NCBI RefSeq assembly: GCF_009914755.1
Contig: NC_060936.1
Length of the DNA stretch: 64,000 nt
Reading direction: 5' to 3' (one strand)
Origin: the human T2T-CHM13v2.0 reference genome, Homo sapiens
A program made the position numbers and the translations under genes. Shown here piece by piece: positions 13,861 through 30,680 of this stretch. The notes under the pieces were generated by a model. It was not told the DNA's origin and did no database searches. It saw only the letters and a program-made list of their open reading frames with translations. The stretch's first letter is position 1. The number at the start of each line of letters is the position of its first letter.

Positions 13861-14611
13861 AAGGAATAAATCTTAAAGATTACAAAGCAATAGTGAGACT
13901 TAACCATGCTCGTGATTCCTTTCTGCTGTATGTTAACTTTTTAAAAAGCCTTGGGTGACTATCAAGTCTGCAGTCACTTCCATAACCCAAGAATAAATTC
14001 ATTGGGGATGACTTGCCACACTCTAGACACCTGGGAACAGTTCACAACTGTCTAATACAAGAATTGTGCCAAACATTTACAGAGAAATCACTGCTGTGTC
14101 CACCTGTAACACACCGACAGCATTGCCACTTCAGGGCCAGTGCAAGGATGGCTCCCAATGCAGAAGAAAACCAGGGGGAAACCACAAAGCCTGCTGAAGT
14201 TTAGGAAAGGTGACACTCACACCTTGATTCTTTAAATAAACTGATACCTTTTATATTCAGAATTCTTTAAGAATTAACAGGCATGCTAACTAAATATAAT
14301 ACGTAATTTTCCTTTTAATATTAAAGGAAATATTTTTAAATAAAATAGATGCTGCCTATAGAAAGGTCGAAGGCTGTTCCTTTCAGTCAATGTTTTTCTC
14401 AGCGTTCATCCATGCCCTCGATTCCATAGTAAAATGATGCGTTAGTGTATTTTATAAAGTACCTTTCAGTGTTGCAATTACTCTAAAAGCTAAAACTCAG
14501 GAGACAAAACATTACAACTGAGAATTAATCTTCACTGAATTTCTATGACATTTAATGAAGGATCCACTACATGTAAAGAGCTAATGGTCTTAGATCAAAA
14601 ACAAAAGATTC

Positions 14612-14939
<328 letters not shown>

Positions 14940-15188
14940 TTACCGCCCAGCCTGTGCTTGTTCTCAGTAAACACAGTGGCTGGGCACTCGAATCAGCACA
15001 CAGGCAGATGTATCACTAGATGGCATTATCTGTACTGCGTGGCTGGCAAGCTTTTATTAGTTTTATGTCTATTACAATTAAGCAAATACTATTATTGGTT
15101 AATTGCAAAAGTTAATAAGTAAATTAGTTGATGAGTTACTTACTCCCACCCTGGCAGAGAGGCATGCACACTGACGTTATCCACACCA

Positions 15189-15269
15189 TCATTTGCCAAC
15201 TGACAAGCCAATAATTAGAGCGATTATGGCAACCAGAACCACTGACACAGCAATAATTATCCACTTTTT
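15189..15269 (-). CDS. STX2: STX2 alternative TM exon (KKWIIIAVSVVLVAIIALIIGLSVGK*), 288-aa isoform; whole exon 15144-15269
   Basis: Acceptor ctttgacag|, phase 0, hydrophobic anchor, TGA at 15191-15189, donor |gtaagt at 15143. Confidence 0.95.
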   Translation of the reverse strand, partial: KKWIIIAVSVVLVAIIALIIGLSVGK

Positions 15270-15360
15270 CTGTCAAAGAAAAGCAAGCTGATTATATCAT
15301 GCATGGTTAATTTCATATTGCCACATTAAAAGACATCCTTCATTTAAAATAAAACAACCT

Positions 15361-15654
15361 GGCCAGGTGTGGTGGCTCACGCCTGTAATCTCAGCACTTT
15401 GGGAGTCCGAGGCGGATGGATCACCTGAGGTCAGGAGTTTGAGACCAGCCTGGCCAACATGGCGAAACCCTGTCTCTACTAAAAATACAAAAACCAGCCG
15501 GGCGTGGGTCTGCAATCCCAGCTACTCAGGAGGCTGTGGCAGGAGAATAACTTGAACCCAGGAGGCAGAGGTTGCAGAGAGCCAGGATCGTGTCACTGCA
15601 CTCCAGCCTGGGCAACAGAGCAAGACTCCATCTCAAAAAAATAAAATAAAATAA
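15361..15654 (+). mobile_element. AluS ~90 bp upstream (in transcript sense) of the alternative TM exon acceptor
   Basis: Full dimer; TSD-like aaaacaacc. Confidence 0.92.
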
Positions 15655-16607
15655 AGCAAAACAACCCATCAGAACTCACTTTAGAAGCTAAGTTACAGGA
15701 CACTGCTTAATACTGTTGGGCGACTTCTTGAGAGAGTGACTTAATAAGGTCAGACTACTTGGCGATAAGCTGCTATGTAACTGTTATTTCAGGTTTCATC
15801 CATGGGGACAGCACGACCAAGTCATTTTGCCACATTTCTGATGACTGAGACATGCAGTTAGTTTTCCGCATGTACAGAGGTGCGGGCCTGCTAGCTCAGT
15901 GACGGAGAGCCCCACTGCCTCGTCATGAAGCCCCGACACACTCAGTACTTGGCCTTTCGCTCCTTCTTTTATGTTCTTGGCAGTTACTTCTTCACTGCTC
16001 CTGACATAGCACACAGAAAAAAAAAACCCTTCTACAAACGTTGCCTGGCCTCCCTCTGAGGGCCACATGGCTCCGCGGGAATAAATGCAGGACACTAAGA
16101 GTGGGGACGACCCACACCTGAGCCAGGGGCAGCAGCAAAGCATTTGAGCGGCAAGGGGACAGGGAGACAAGCCAGGAGGGTTCCATTAGCAGGCATCTCA
16201 TCAAAAAGACAGTGTCATTTCTGAAACAGGCATCACGTCTCTGACGAGTTTATACGCCAGCTACCGCACAGACCCCAAGCACCTCACAGAGCCAGGCTTG
16301 CTCATCCACAGAGGAGAATGAAAACGTATCACACCCACCACCTTCCCCCTTTGTAAAACCAACGAACTTTCACTATCGTTTTCACCAGACTGACGTGTTC
16401 AGGTCATGGAGAAAAGGAACAGGACTGCCTGTTTTTAATGAAAGCTGACTTAGGCCTGGAACTAAGTTAAGCACTTTATACAGGTATCTCTTCACCTCAG
16501 TTTACATTAGGGGCCAATTTTTTCAAAGCAATAAATGAAATAACATGAGAAACCATGTCTGGCATTTCAGAGATGACGAGCATACTTAGACATACCCAGG
16601 AAAAGCG

Positions 16608-16692
16608 GAGGGTGTGCCCTGGCGGCTGAGCCTGCAGCCCGGGGGTGTGAGTGAGGGTGTGCCCTGGCGGCTGAGCCTGCAGCCCGGGGGTG
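16608..16692. repeat. 45-bp tandem duplication (~1.9 copies)
   Basis: gagggtgtgccctggcggctgagcctgcagcccgggggtg at 16608 and 16653. Confidence 0.95.
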
Positions 16693-17114
16693 CGTCTCAG
16701 GGCCATCGCCTGGAGGTGCATCCACACACACCGTCTCACTCCATTTTTTCCTAACACGGTGAAAATCAGCATCTCTGTGTATTAGCACAAGGAGGTGACA
16801 ATGTGGAAAACCCATAATCTCTCCAGTGTCAGGGGCACTATCATAAAATGCCTAAGTTAGGAGAGTAAGTTTTAAATTTTTGCCCCGTAACAAAAAAATC
16901 ACACAGGGTTCCCTGAACCCTTTTTAATGCAAAGTCTGTGCATCTTGAGTGAAAGGGGTTCCCTTCTTTTGAGGATCCCTTTAAGTGGGTGCTACCTAAG
17001 ACTGCAGGTCCACGGTCTCAAATAATTCTCTTCTTTCCTCCAAACCAAGAATTCACGAATAACCTAAATTAAAAATAAATGTTCACTGCATCAAATGTGT
17101 AGCCAACAATTTGG

Positions 17115-17451
<337 letters not shown>

Positions 17452-17672
17452 CTAGGGTTTCAATTACTTAGAACACAAAAGATGAACTACAAATAATTCA
17501 TCTAATAAACCTTTTAAATTTTTAGCAAAAAAAATTATTTCCATTTTAAAATAAAACATTTATTAATTAATTATTTCTTGGAATACCTTTTAGGCAGGCT
17601 TACATCAATGTATTACAACTTGAAACCAAATGAAGAGAAAAACGCAGCTTAATTCTTCGAAGCCAAACTCAC

Positions 17673-17783
17673 CCTTCTTGCCTTGCTCTGATATTTGATA
17701 GCTTTTTTTGTTTCTTCTTTAGCGTGTTCTACATAGTCTGTGGCATTCATAACATTTCTTTCTATGTTGTTGATCATTTCACC
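17673..17783 (-). CDS. STX2: STX2 coding exon 9 ([11 protein letters not shown]...YQSKARR)
   Basis: 111 nt, acceptor ttttaag|, donor AGG|gtgagt; cumulative 786 nt = 262 codons. Confidence 0.97.
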
Positions 17784-18679
17784 CTTAAAACAAAAAGTTT
17801 CAAACTTAGAAGACATTTTCAAATGGCTTAATCATGTATCTTTAAGACAACCATAGAACAAAGGTTTTATATAAACACGATGTGCATGTAATGGATACTG
17901 AGGGTTTTTTTCACATTTACAGAAAGATAAAAGATGAGGCCATTATACATGTGCCAGTGCAAAGCAATCAAAACTCAATTTATATTTTAAAAAGAATGAA
18001 AAGGAATGGGCCACCATGTTGATAATTAAAGGCACCTCAAGTCAATTCTGAGATACCTTTAACACGCAGACACTTTCGACAGATGGGCAGGGTGAAGGGA
18101 GGCAGCCAGCTTTTGGTTGAACTAGTATTTTACCATTATGCACAGACAGACAATATACAAAGAATGACATCTTTTCCACAAAGTAGAAAATTGTAACTAC
18201 TTCTTTAAATCAGTAAACTGAGCATAGCTCACATCTGACACTCAGCTGACTACATTAATGAGCAAAATGTAAACAGAGGTGAATTCAGCAAAGTGTGAGG
18301 GAGGTAACGTATTACCTGGTTGTCTGTCCAGACACAACCTGCAGCAGTGAATCGTAAAGCATTGAAGAATGACGGAGAGTTAACTCACTCAGTCACAAAC
18401 TTCAACTTACTAGTAATCTCTGACTATGCACACATTTGCATTAGATGAGTCAATATAATGCAATACCAACAGACTTCTAAAAGGAAACAGTGAAACAAAG
18501 CCAGGGATGCAGCCATTTTTCTAACGGAGCTTAATGCAATGCATTTGGTATAGAGCAATTACAATTGAAGTCTAAGGTACTACAAAAGCTTTAGTAATTA
18601 CAGAAATCATCTCTCGTTCTTTCTGTCCAGCTGGTTTCCTTTGGAATGCTTCCTGGAAATAAGTAACCAATGGTAATCA

Positions 18680-19573
<894 letters not shown>

Positions 19574-20299
19574 GAGGAGTTTTCTATTTATTAAGAATTG
19601 CATTAACTCTTCGGTTCACTCAGAAGGGCCTTTCCACACCTGCTTTCACTCCCTATCTGTGTTACTGGGCAGATGGGAAACCCCGTGTAACAGGCACAAG
19701 CTTGCATCTGTGTCATAGATTGTATCCCCACTTGGGGTTGATTCTTTCAGACATTTCTCCTAGTTATTACTGTAATATATGCTTCTTATAGAAAATCTGA
19801 AAATAAATACTTTTAGAGAAGATTAAAATTCCCATAGTCTCACTGCCATTACACTGTTTGATATACGCCTTTCCTTCTGTGGATACTGTTTTATGGAGCC
19901 AAGCTCGTGCCATGTGTTTGTGTTTATGTACTCATACATATGTACGGGCATACACAGAAGATCTTTGTATCTCCCTTTTCTCTTAATTCTAGCACAAACA
20001 TCTGCATATTTCAGTAAGAATTCTCCATGAACAAAGTTTAGGTTGCCTATGGTTGCCTAAAAGGCTGACCTATGAACACTCCATAATTTAATCAACTGAA
20101 CCAGTCCCTTCCTGTTAACAGTTCAACTGTTAAAGCTGCTTCCAGCATTTCAGCATCACATATAACACTGCAATTAACCTGAATTTGGTGGATCCAAAAT
20201 AACAGCTTTCCTAGATACATCCACTAGACAGAGTGGGATGCAGTAAGATTTTACACATGACTGACATCTCTCTTGGAGAATGCAAGAGTCTGTAACTAC

Positions 20300-20437
20300 C
20301 TGAGTCTCCACAAACATAGCCATGTCCATGAACATCTCATGCAACTCTCGGATGCTGGTCTCCAGCTTCATGATGTCCTTGTGACGTGACTCGATTTCAT
20401 TGAGAGCTTGTCTAGTAATTTGTGAATCTGATATAAT
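20300..20437 (-). CDS. STX2: STX2 coding exon 8 (IISDSQ...MFVETQ), SNARE motif
   Basis: 138 nt, acceptor ttccaag|, donor CAG|gtagtt; peptide visible in ORF 20174..20371. Confidence 0.97.
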
Positions 20438-20561
20438 CTTGGAAAAACAAAAATAAAAGATAATATTAATAAACTTATGATGGGTTTGGAAGTTAAAGGG
20501 TTTTTAAAAAGCTCTGTCTACAGAAGAGGACATGGAGCCACAGGGCCGCACCCCCACTCAC

Positions 20562-20635
20562 GTCGGAAGTGAAGATGGATGGCTTCCCGCTCTCCAGCAT
20601 CTCTTCTAGCTCGTCGTCTGTGGTGGTTCTCCCAG
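20562..20635 (-). CDS. STX2: STX2 coding exon 7 ([25 protein letters not shown])
   Basis: 74 nt, acceptor ctttcag|, donor GAC|gtgagt; peptide visible in ORF 20493..20705. Confidence 0.97.
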
Positions 20636-21209
20636 CTGAAAGACCCGCAACCACAGCCCCACTCAGAATGCAGCACAATTTAAAAACAAAGCCATTTGCA
20701 ACCATAAGTTAGCAACTACAGTCATAGTTGTTAGCATTTTTCAGTAATTTTTTTAACCTTTTCTTAAGCAGATATTGACAATGAGAAGTGAACCTAAGAT
20801 TGAGGAGCAAGAAGAAATAAAAATACTCCGAGAAACTTTGTAAATGTTATAAACAATAAAATTTCATTTTAATATTAGTGAGAAACAACTGCAGAAAGGA
20901 AATCGGTAAACAATGTCTCGGCACACTGGTTTCCCTAAGAGTTTAACTCCGCCTCATGTAAAAGGGGGTTGAGCTGAATGTAGCATGTATTAAATGAGGA
21001 TCAATAAAGTCCACGTAATGAGAGTCAGATGCCTGAACACTTTCCATGTTTGGAAGTTAATGCTTTCCTTTTGAGTTAAATGTGTAATGACTTCGAAGAA
21101 ACATGTACACAGGTTTTGGAAACCTAATTGTTAATTACTATTTTTCATAGTTTGTGCCACAGAAGACAAAAGTAAATGAATAAATGTCATAATTCAAATG
21201 TCATCTAAT

Positions 21210-22260
<1,051 letters not shown>

Positions 22261-22364
22261 AGATGTCATTTAATGAAAAAAGTTTTAAAGTTAGTAAATT
22301 GCAAAATTTGTTTACTTACACTATTTTTTGGGAGGTAATTCTCAATCATTTAAAAATCTATTTG

Positions 22365-22835
22365 AGAGCACACATGGTGGTTTACATGTATAATCCCAGT
22401 GCTTTGGGAGACCAAGGTGGAAGGATTGCTTGAGGCTAGGAGTTTGAGACTAGCCTGGGCAACACAGCAAGACCCTATCTCTACAAAAAATAAAATAAAA
22501 CTTAAAAATCTATTCAAAATAGCTCAATAAGGAGATTCTCTGAGTTTTGCTTTGCTTTTTTAAAAACATGAAACTTGTTCTAAATAATGTAAAATATAAT
22601 CATCAAAACTAGAAATTTCAGCTTGGGCAACATAGTGAAAACCTCGTCTCTACAAAAAATAAAATTAGCCAGGTATGGTGGTGTGCTTCTGTGGTCCCAG
22701 CTACTCGAGAGGCTGAGGTGGGAGGATCCCTTGGATCCAGGAGTTCAAGGCCACAATAAGTGGTTATCACAACACTGCACTCCAGCCTGGGTGACAGCGT
22801 GAGGCTCTCTCTCAAAAAAAAAAAAAAAAAACAAA
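22365..22835 (+). mobile_element. Alu monomer and partial Alu
   Basis: Alu consensus. Confidence 0.8.
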
Positions 22836-22939
22836 AACTAAAAGTTACAGTTCATGTCTCACGTTCACAAAGCTCTTCCCACCGGCTAACTGCTAAGTCT
22901 AAGAAACAGCCTGGGGTTACAGAATGTGAAATGCAGTAT

Positions 22940-23275
22940 ACATTCGTAATTCCTTATCCAGAATGCTGAAATCCACAACATTATGAAAACTGGGTTTTCC
23001 TTAAGCTCGATGTCAAAATTCAATGAGCGGCAAAATCTGACCCAAACTGAGTCATGGCTATTTATAATCTTAACTCCTCCCCCTTACTGTGAATACTCAC
23101 ATTTCACTGGAGAGCTGTGTGAATGTGCCTGATTACAGGGTGCAGTCCTAGACCCCACCTGGGGATTACATAATACACCTCTTATACATTGTACTATCTT
23201 CCTAAAATCTGAAAAATTCTGAACTCTGAAACACATACAGCCCCAACCATTCCAGAGAAAGCACTGTGGACCTAT
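22940..23275. mobile_element. MER46-like (TcMar-Tigger) DNA transposon remnant
   Basis: Resembles recalled MER46C consensus (ccttatccagaatgctgaaatcc ... tctgaaaaattctgaactctgaaacac). Confidence 0.45.
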
Positions 23276-26125
23276 GTAACATGCCCTGGTCCAAGAAGAA
23301 ACTCACTTGCCATTTGAAGAAACAAAGCATACAGCACAGGAAAAGATATCCTGTGATACAAGGTAAGAAACCTGCCTGATGACAGGGCTGACGGAAGGAA
23401 GAAAGAAAGGGGACAAAATGGTTTTAGGTGCAAGGATTTGGAGAAGACCACTGTATGAAGACAGCCCGCTGTGTGGCCAGAGTGACGCCATCCTGAAGCA
23501 AAACCACCGTGATGACCGATGCTCGACTCGTGCATGCCAAGCTGTTCTGCAATGAGGTCTGAAGACGATGCCTCCGGCACAGGCAACCTCTCATCAAGAT
23601 GCTCATCCAGCCTGACCAGTGGTCCCAAGTGTTGTCAAGCAAGTCAGAAGACAGGGCCGGCTGCACACGTTCTACCCTGAAAGCCTGCTGTATAAAGAAC
23701 ACTTTCTGAGGGCAGGCGGCTGTGGGGTCCACCGTCTCTGTCTCTCGGGGGCTTCTGTTCGTACGTCCCTAGCCAATGTTTCCTTCGAGAAACTGGATTT
23801 GTTAGCCTCTTTCTTTGGCGTCTCAGCTCGCTCAGCCTTTGGGGGTGAGTTTGCATAGACCTGCTCACTTCGGAATAGCCACATGGAGGGTTTAGAATTT
23901 AACAGACTTAAAGGAATTACTAAAAAAAACTCCCAACACGTATATGATACTTCATTGCTTATAAGACACTTTCACAAACAGTACTGCATTCGATAGAGTA
24001 TGATTGCAAGAGAAGAAACTGGAAATGAATTCTGTGGGCTGAGATAGAATAATGTGGGAAAGAGAGAAGAGACTTAGGCGATCTGATCACGCCACCGGAT
24101 TCACATGGGGAGTGAAGACAGGATGGACCTGCAGGAGAGATGGTGCGGGGCCTTCAAGCCCAGGCTGGGGAACTCTGTGCTAGAAAAGCGCTCACCACAG
24201 AGTCCCAGAGCATAAATCCTCACAGTGCAACCGGCTGCCTGTAATGATGACTTTCACTTTAAAAAGTACTAACAGATCCCTGAAGTCAAAGTGGTTTGTA
24301 AAAACTTTTTCATAGAAAAGCAGTCTAGTCGACATCATGATTGAGCATTTCTGCCAGGATGGAGCAACAGGGACCGTATTTTCCCTGCCACTTGAAATAA
24401 CCACAAACCCACCAAAATCTACAAAACGATTTCCAAGACACTGAGCATCAGGCCACACACTGATTCCCAACAGATGGAAACAAGCCAGGTGAGCCTGCTG
24501 CTGCCCTCAGACGGAACTCTCGTGTCAGCCACAGAGCAGAAAGGGCCCAGGTGGAGCCCAGGGGAAGTCCTAAGGCAAAGGCACAGAGCTCAGGGGAGAC
24601 CAAGGCAACTGGATTTGCAAGATGGAGTATGAGAGATGAGAGAGATGCAGAGAGCGAGCTGCACAGACCCCGCATGCTCACTGGAGTGCTGACCAGCATG
24701 CCAGAGGGAACACGCTGCCAGGCAGACGAGGGTGCCATGAGGTTCACAGCCATCAGAGCAGGTGCTCAGAAGGGTCTTACCTCAGGAGTGAGGAATGACA
24801 GGCCCTCAAATAAAGCTGCTCTGCTCCCTCTAAATGCAAGATCCCAAAGGCTAAACCATGCTCATGTGATTTAACTACATTCTAAAACAAAGCCCAAGGA
24901 GATTTACAAAAATACTCAAAATACAGAAATACTCAGCACCCAACAAAGTAACGTTCACAATGTCTGGCACACACTCGAAACTTACCAGGCTCGCAAAGAA
25001 GCAGGAAAACACAAGCCACAGAAAGGAAGGAAATCAACCAACCAGAGCAGACAGGACACTGGAGTTGGCAGACAAAGACGGTTCAAGTTACTACAAGTGC
25101 GTCCCAGTTGTACAGTGGGGAGCAACACAGCAGACATGTAAAACACCCAGCAGAACTAGCAACAGAAACCAGTGTCTCCGATGAAACATACACCAGAGGA
25201 GGTTAAAGGCAGATCAGACAAGCAAGAGAAACTGACCAAAACCAAACACACTGGAAAAGAGTATCTAAAACATGAGGAGCCTCGCTGAGCTGTGGGACAA
25301 GGTCAAGCGGCCTGGCGGGCATATGACAACATTCTCTGAGGGGGATGTGCGGCGTTGGGAGCCGGGATGGGCCTGAGGCTTCATCTGACCTGCGAGCTGA
25401 CACGCTGGCCTGCCAGGGCTCCGTGGAGGCCGGCAGAAGGTCCAAGGCCCCAGGTCAGGGACAAAGGGATTTCCTACTCACAGCACAGCAGGCAACCTGA
25501 GGCTCATGAGCAGCTGTCCACGGCCCCCAGTCTCATGGGGAGAGGCAGAGCAGCTGCAGTGGGACGTCCTCACAGTGGGTTTGTGTCACAGCTGAAGGAC
25601 CCGAGCTTGGGAACCCCAATCTTTCACAATGGGGAGTCTACAAACCTGACCAACCTTTATCCCTGAAACAGACCCGTCTGTCCCCGAAGAAGGCGCCATC
25701 TCCACTGCCACAGCCAACTGTCCCCATAGACACCCCTGAAAAGAGTCTGGGGCAATAGGGCCGCTGCCTCTGCTCACAGACAAGGAGAGATGTGAGGAGC
25801 CATGAAGATGCCCCCGAACCAGGGCAGGGCGGGACTGAGGACACAGAAACACTCAAAGAGGAAATGACTGAGCACTCTCCCAATCTCCCTGAAACTCTAA
25901 AAGCAACAGCAATGAGCAAGGTAAACCCCACCGCTTAGGACTTCCTGAAGACAGGAAGAACAGGTTTGCCTGACTCACGGCATAGGAAGCTACGAGTGGT
26001 CTTTGGGTTTTACACTATTGGTGAAAATAGACATGGATTTCCTTTTCTGAAGTTAAAGTCATTTGAAGTGAGACCTTAAGGGAGAAAAACATGATTTTAA
26101 CAAAGACGGAGTCTCCATTACTCAC

Positions 26126-26234
26126 TTATCTCCAGCTGGCGCTGGATGCGGCCTTTGCTCCGCTCCCGAAACAGAGTCTGTGCCTCATTGTACTCCGCCA
26201 TGGCTTCCACAAACTTCCGAGACAGCACCGAATG
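26126..26234 (-). CDS. STX2: STX2 coding exon 6 ([15 protein letters not shown]...IQRQLEI)
   Basis: 109 nt, acceptor tgttag|, donor |gtgagt. Confidence 0.97.
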
Positions 26235-26529
26235 CTAACAACACAGGAAAACTACATTCGTATCTGAGGGCCATGCCTTCTACTGAAAGTGACATGCAAG
26301 ACATGCATTTTGGAAACTCAAACTACATGTTATTCTGCTCCTGCAAATGGAAAATGACAATGGCAAAGTCCCCATGGCAGCATCTGTGCTAAGAACTTTG
26401 CGTGCATGATCTTACCTAATTTTTACAAGACCCCTACTATGCCGGTCACAACCCTACTTAAAGAAAACCATGACTTTGAGGTCATTAGCCCAAGGTCACA
26501 GGCTTTTCTGATAAACACGGATCAGCACT

Positions 26530-26754
26530 GGGACCCAGGCAGGTGGACCCCAGAGCCCGCGTGCTTCATCGCCTTGTGCCCATGAGGGGACCCAGGCAAG
26601 CGGACCCCAGAGCCCGCGTGCTTCATCGCCTTGTGCCCATGAGGGGACCCAGGCAGGCGGACCCCAGAGCCTGCGTGCTTCATCGCCTTGTGCCCATGAG
26701 GGGACCCAGGCAGGCGGACCCCAGAGCCCGCGTGCTTCATCGCCTCGTGCCCTC
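26530..26754. repeat. Minisatellite, 57 bp unit, 4 copies, in intron 5
   Basis: gggacccaggcaggcggaccccagagcccgcgtgcttcatcgccttgtgcccatgag at 26530, 26587, 26644, 26701. Confidence 0.97.
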
Positions 26755-26922
26755 GAGGCCTCAGGGCTCTGTCTTCCTCTGGGCAGTACCACAAACCACT
26801 AAAATGTGGCGGCCTTACCACAAACACTAAAATCATTTGGATAATTCCCTACTCTTTGGAATAGAACTCTGTTGATGGACCGAATAGATTTTTCTTCACA
26901 ATAAAGAGATTTCTATAAATAC

Positions 26923-27636
26923 TGTGAAAGGAAAATAAAATCGCAGGACCTCACACTCACTATCCCAAAGGGACAGTTAAGCTTGGGAACTGAGTCATGC
27001 AAAACACTGCCCTCCCTCCTCTTCTCAAACAGATGGCTGCAGTGACAGAAGGCCGCACATCGCCCCAGCAGCCTCCTGCACAAAGTGCTCACAAGGAAAT
27101 TCCTCGTAGGTCCCAGAATCTTTCAGAATCCATATCCCCCCCACCAAAAACTAACTCTAAAACAGAGTTCTGCAGAATCTCACCCTGACAATGTACATTA
27201 GCCGCTTACCTTCACAGGTACAGGACAAAGACAAGACTAGAAGTCACCCTCGGCCCACCCTGAGAAATGCATGTATAGCTCCTCCCTCACCTCAGGCTCA
27301 CACTGGCCCACGTAAGAGGCAGATCTGGGCACGGGAGGAGTGCAGAATCGACCCCCACTCCTCTCTTCCCACATGTGAAATGTGAACGCAGTGAGCCCTG
27401 AGCAAAGCCTCACAGCAGTGTGGCCACCCCGCTGCCTACCCCCACTTTTTCTCTTTTTTTTCCCCTTTCCTCCTTCCTCTCCTGCCCGCTCTTTCCCCTT
27501 TAAATACTGAAGTCCTCAAAACCCTCTTCAGGAAAGGCACAAACCACAGATCCTACTCTAATTTGTATTTCTTTTCTCCAAGTGTGTCCTCAACTTTGGC
27601 AAAATAAACCTCTGTCTCAGATACTTTTGTTTTACA
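26923..27636 (+). mobile_element. Solo LTR, MER39/MER34-like (ERV1)
   Basis: TG...CA ends (tgtgaaaggaaaataaa ... gttttaca), 4-bp TSD ATAC, internal TATA-like tttaaat and AATAAA. Confidence 0.8.
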
Positions 27637-27774
27637 ATACTATATTATTTTTGTGCAGAAATACTATGAGGATAAGCATGACAGTAAAGATGAAATTATT
27701 CAGAGTCTGCAAGAAGAAAGTAAAAACACTTATTCTGCGACATTACTTTAATCTAAACGAGGCTGATAGCAAAC

Positions 27775-27848
27775 CTGGGTTCTTCGTATCCGAAGATCCA
27801 CTGAAGTCCGGTTCCCACTCTCATCCTGATCAAAACTTTGTTCAATAG
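27775..27848 (-). CDS. STX2: STX2 coding exon 5 ([25 protein letters not shown])
   Basis: 74 nt, acceptor ttcctag|, donor CAG|gtttgc. Confidence 0.96.
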
Positions 27849-27983
27849 CTAGGAACAAATAGGAAATAATTACCTTCCAAATTTAAAAATGAAAATGTTC
27901 CAAGCCTGACTTCAAATTCCTTTTATTTCTTATCTTTGAAGTATCTTTATAAAACTAAAGCTAATGAACAAGTGACCTTCTAA

Positions 27984-29190
<1,207 letters not shown>

Positions 29191-30236
29191 TAATTTGATT
29201 ATCTAGCCCAGTGGGATATACCTATAGACAAAAAGAATGACACAAAAAATAAAAAATAAACCTTTAAGTAATCATACTCTTGACAGTAGATGCTGGCATA
29301 ATTATTTTGAGTCTGTTGTGTGTGTACTATGAATAGCAAGTGAATAATTATGTGTCAGTGAGAACCAGAATTTGGGGCATAGTTGAAAGGAAATAAAGAT
29401 GTAATATTGCCCTTATTAAGTAAAAATCCTTTCAAAAAAATTTTTAGTCCTTCCTTTATTCTTAATTTAATTTGGATTCTCAGTAACAAATCATGATTCA
29501 TTTTATCTTTTAAAAAAATCTTAGCCCAGTCCACTGAAAAAGCCTAGGAAAGAATGGTCAGGTCATCGTCATGTATAGCAATACATTCCCCAGCATGCTG
29601 ACCTCGGTGTCTAGATCACATTCTTCAGACACAGGAGCAGGGCTTCCTGGGGAAATGGCTGATGCCAGGCCCAGGGAGGAAAGGGGTGAAATGAGCATGG
29701 GGACTTTTGTCACAGCAAAAAGTGGAAAGGCTGTCACAGACAATGAGGGGCCTACCAAAAGGACTCAAGAGTCCACCCTACTAGCCAAAGAGACCATCTG
29801 AGCATTAAGGATAATGCAGCAATGAAAACATCAGATGTGTTTAAATCCATGTGTTCACGATGATGGACGACAAGCAGCAACAGAGACTCTCCCTGGTCAT
29901 CTCTGGAGGACCCCAGGGAACTGACCTATGAAAATTATACCAGAGAGAGAGAGAGTCCAACGCTGATCCTCTCTGTCCTCCATGATCTGTGACCCAGAAT
30001 GTGCTTTGGCTCCCTTGGTTGGAGAAGCCAGGTCATTCGTCCTACAGAACCTGCCACACTGCACATTTTGCTGATTTCACCCTGCAACACATTCAGTAAG
30101 CTCTGCTGTCCTCTGTATTTACTGTGGGCTCATAGTTAAATTCTCCAAACTACCCAATTCAAGAGTTGAAGGGGAAAGGTTTCTTTTTAACTATTCCAGC
30201 AACTAAACAAAGAAGGAAGAATAAAATCAGGATATT

Positions 30237-30527
<291 letters not shown>

Positions 30528-30680
30528 TTACTGCTTGCAACTTCTAATGAATTATGGATCTTGGAAATAATCATCCATTTTTGACAATATCACAGAATAG
30601 AAAAGAATGTTATATCTTATTTAAAATTTTACTGAACTTACTTAGAGCCAAGAAAAAATGTTAATGTCACCATTAACATC

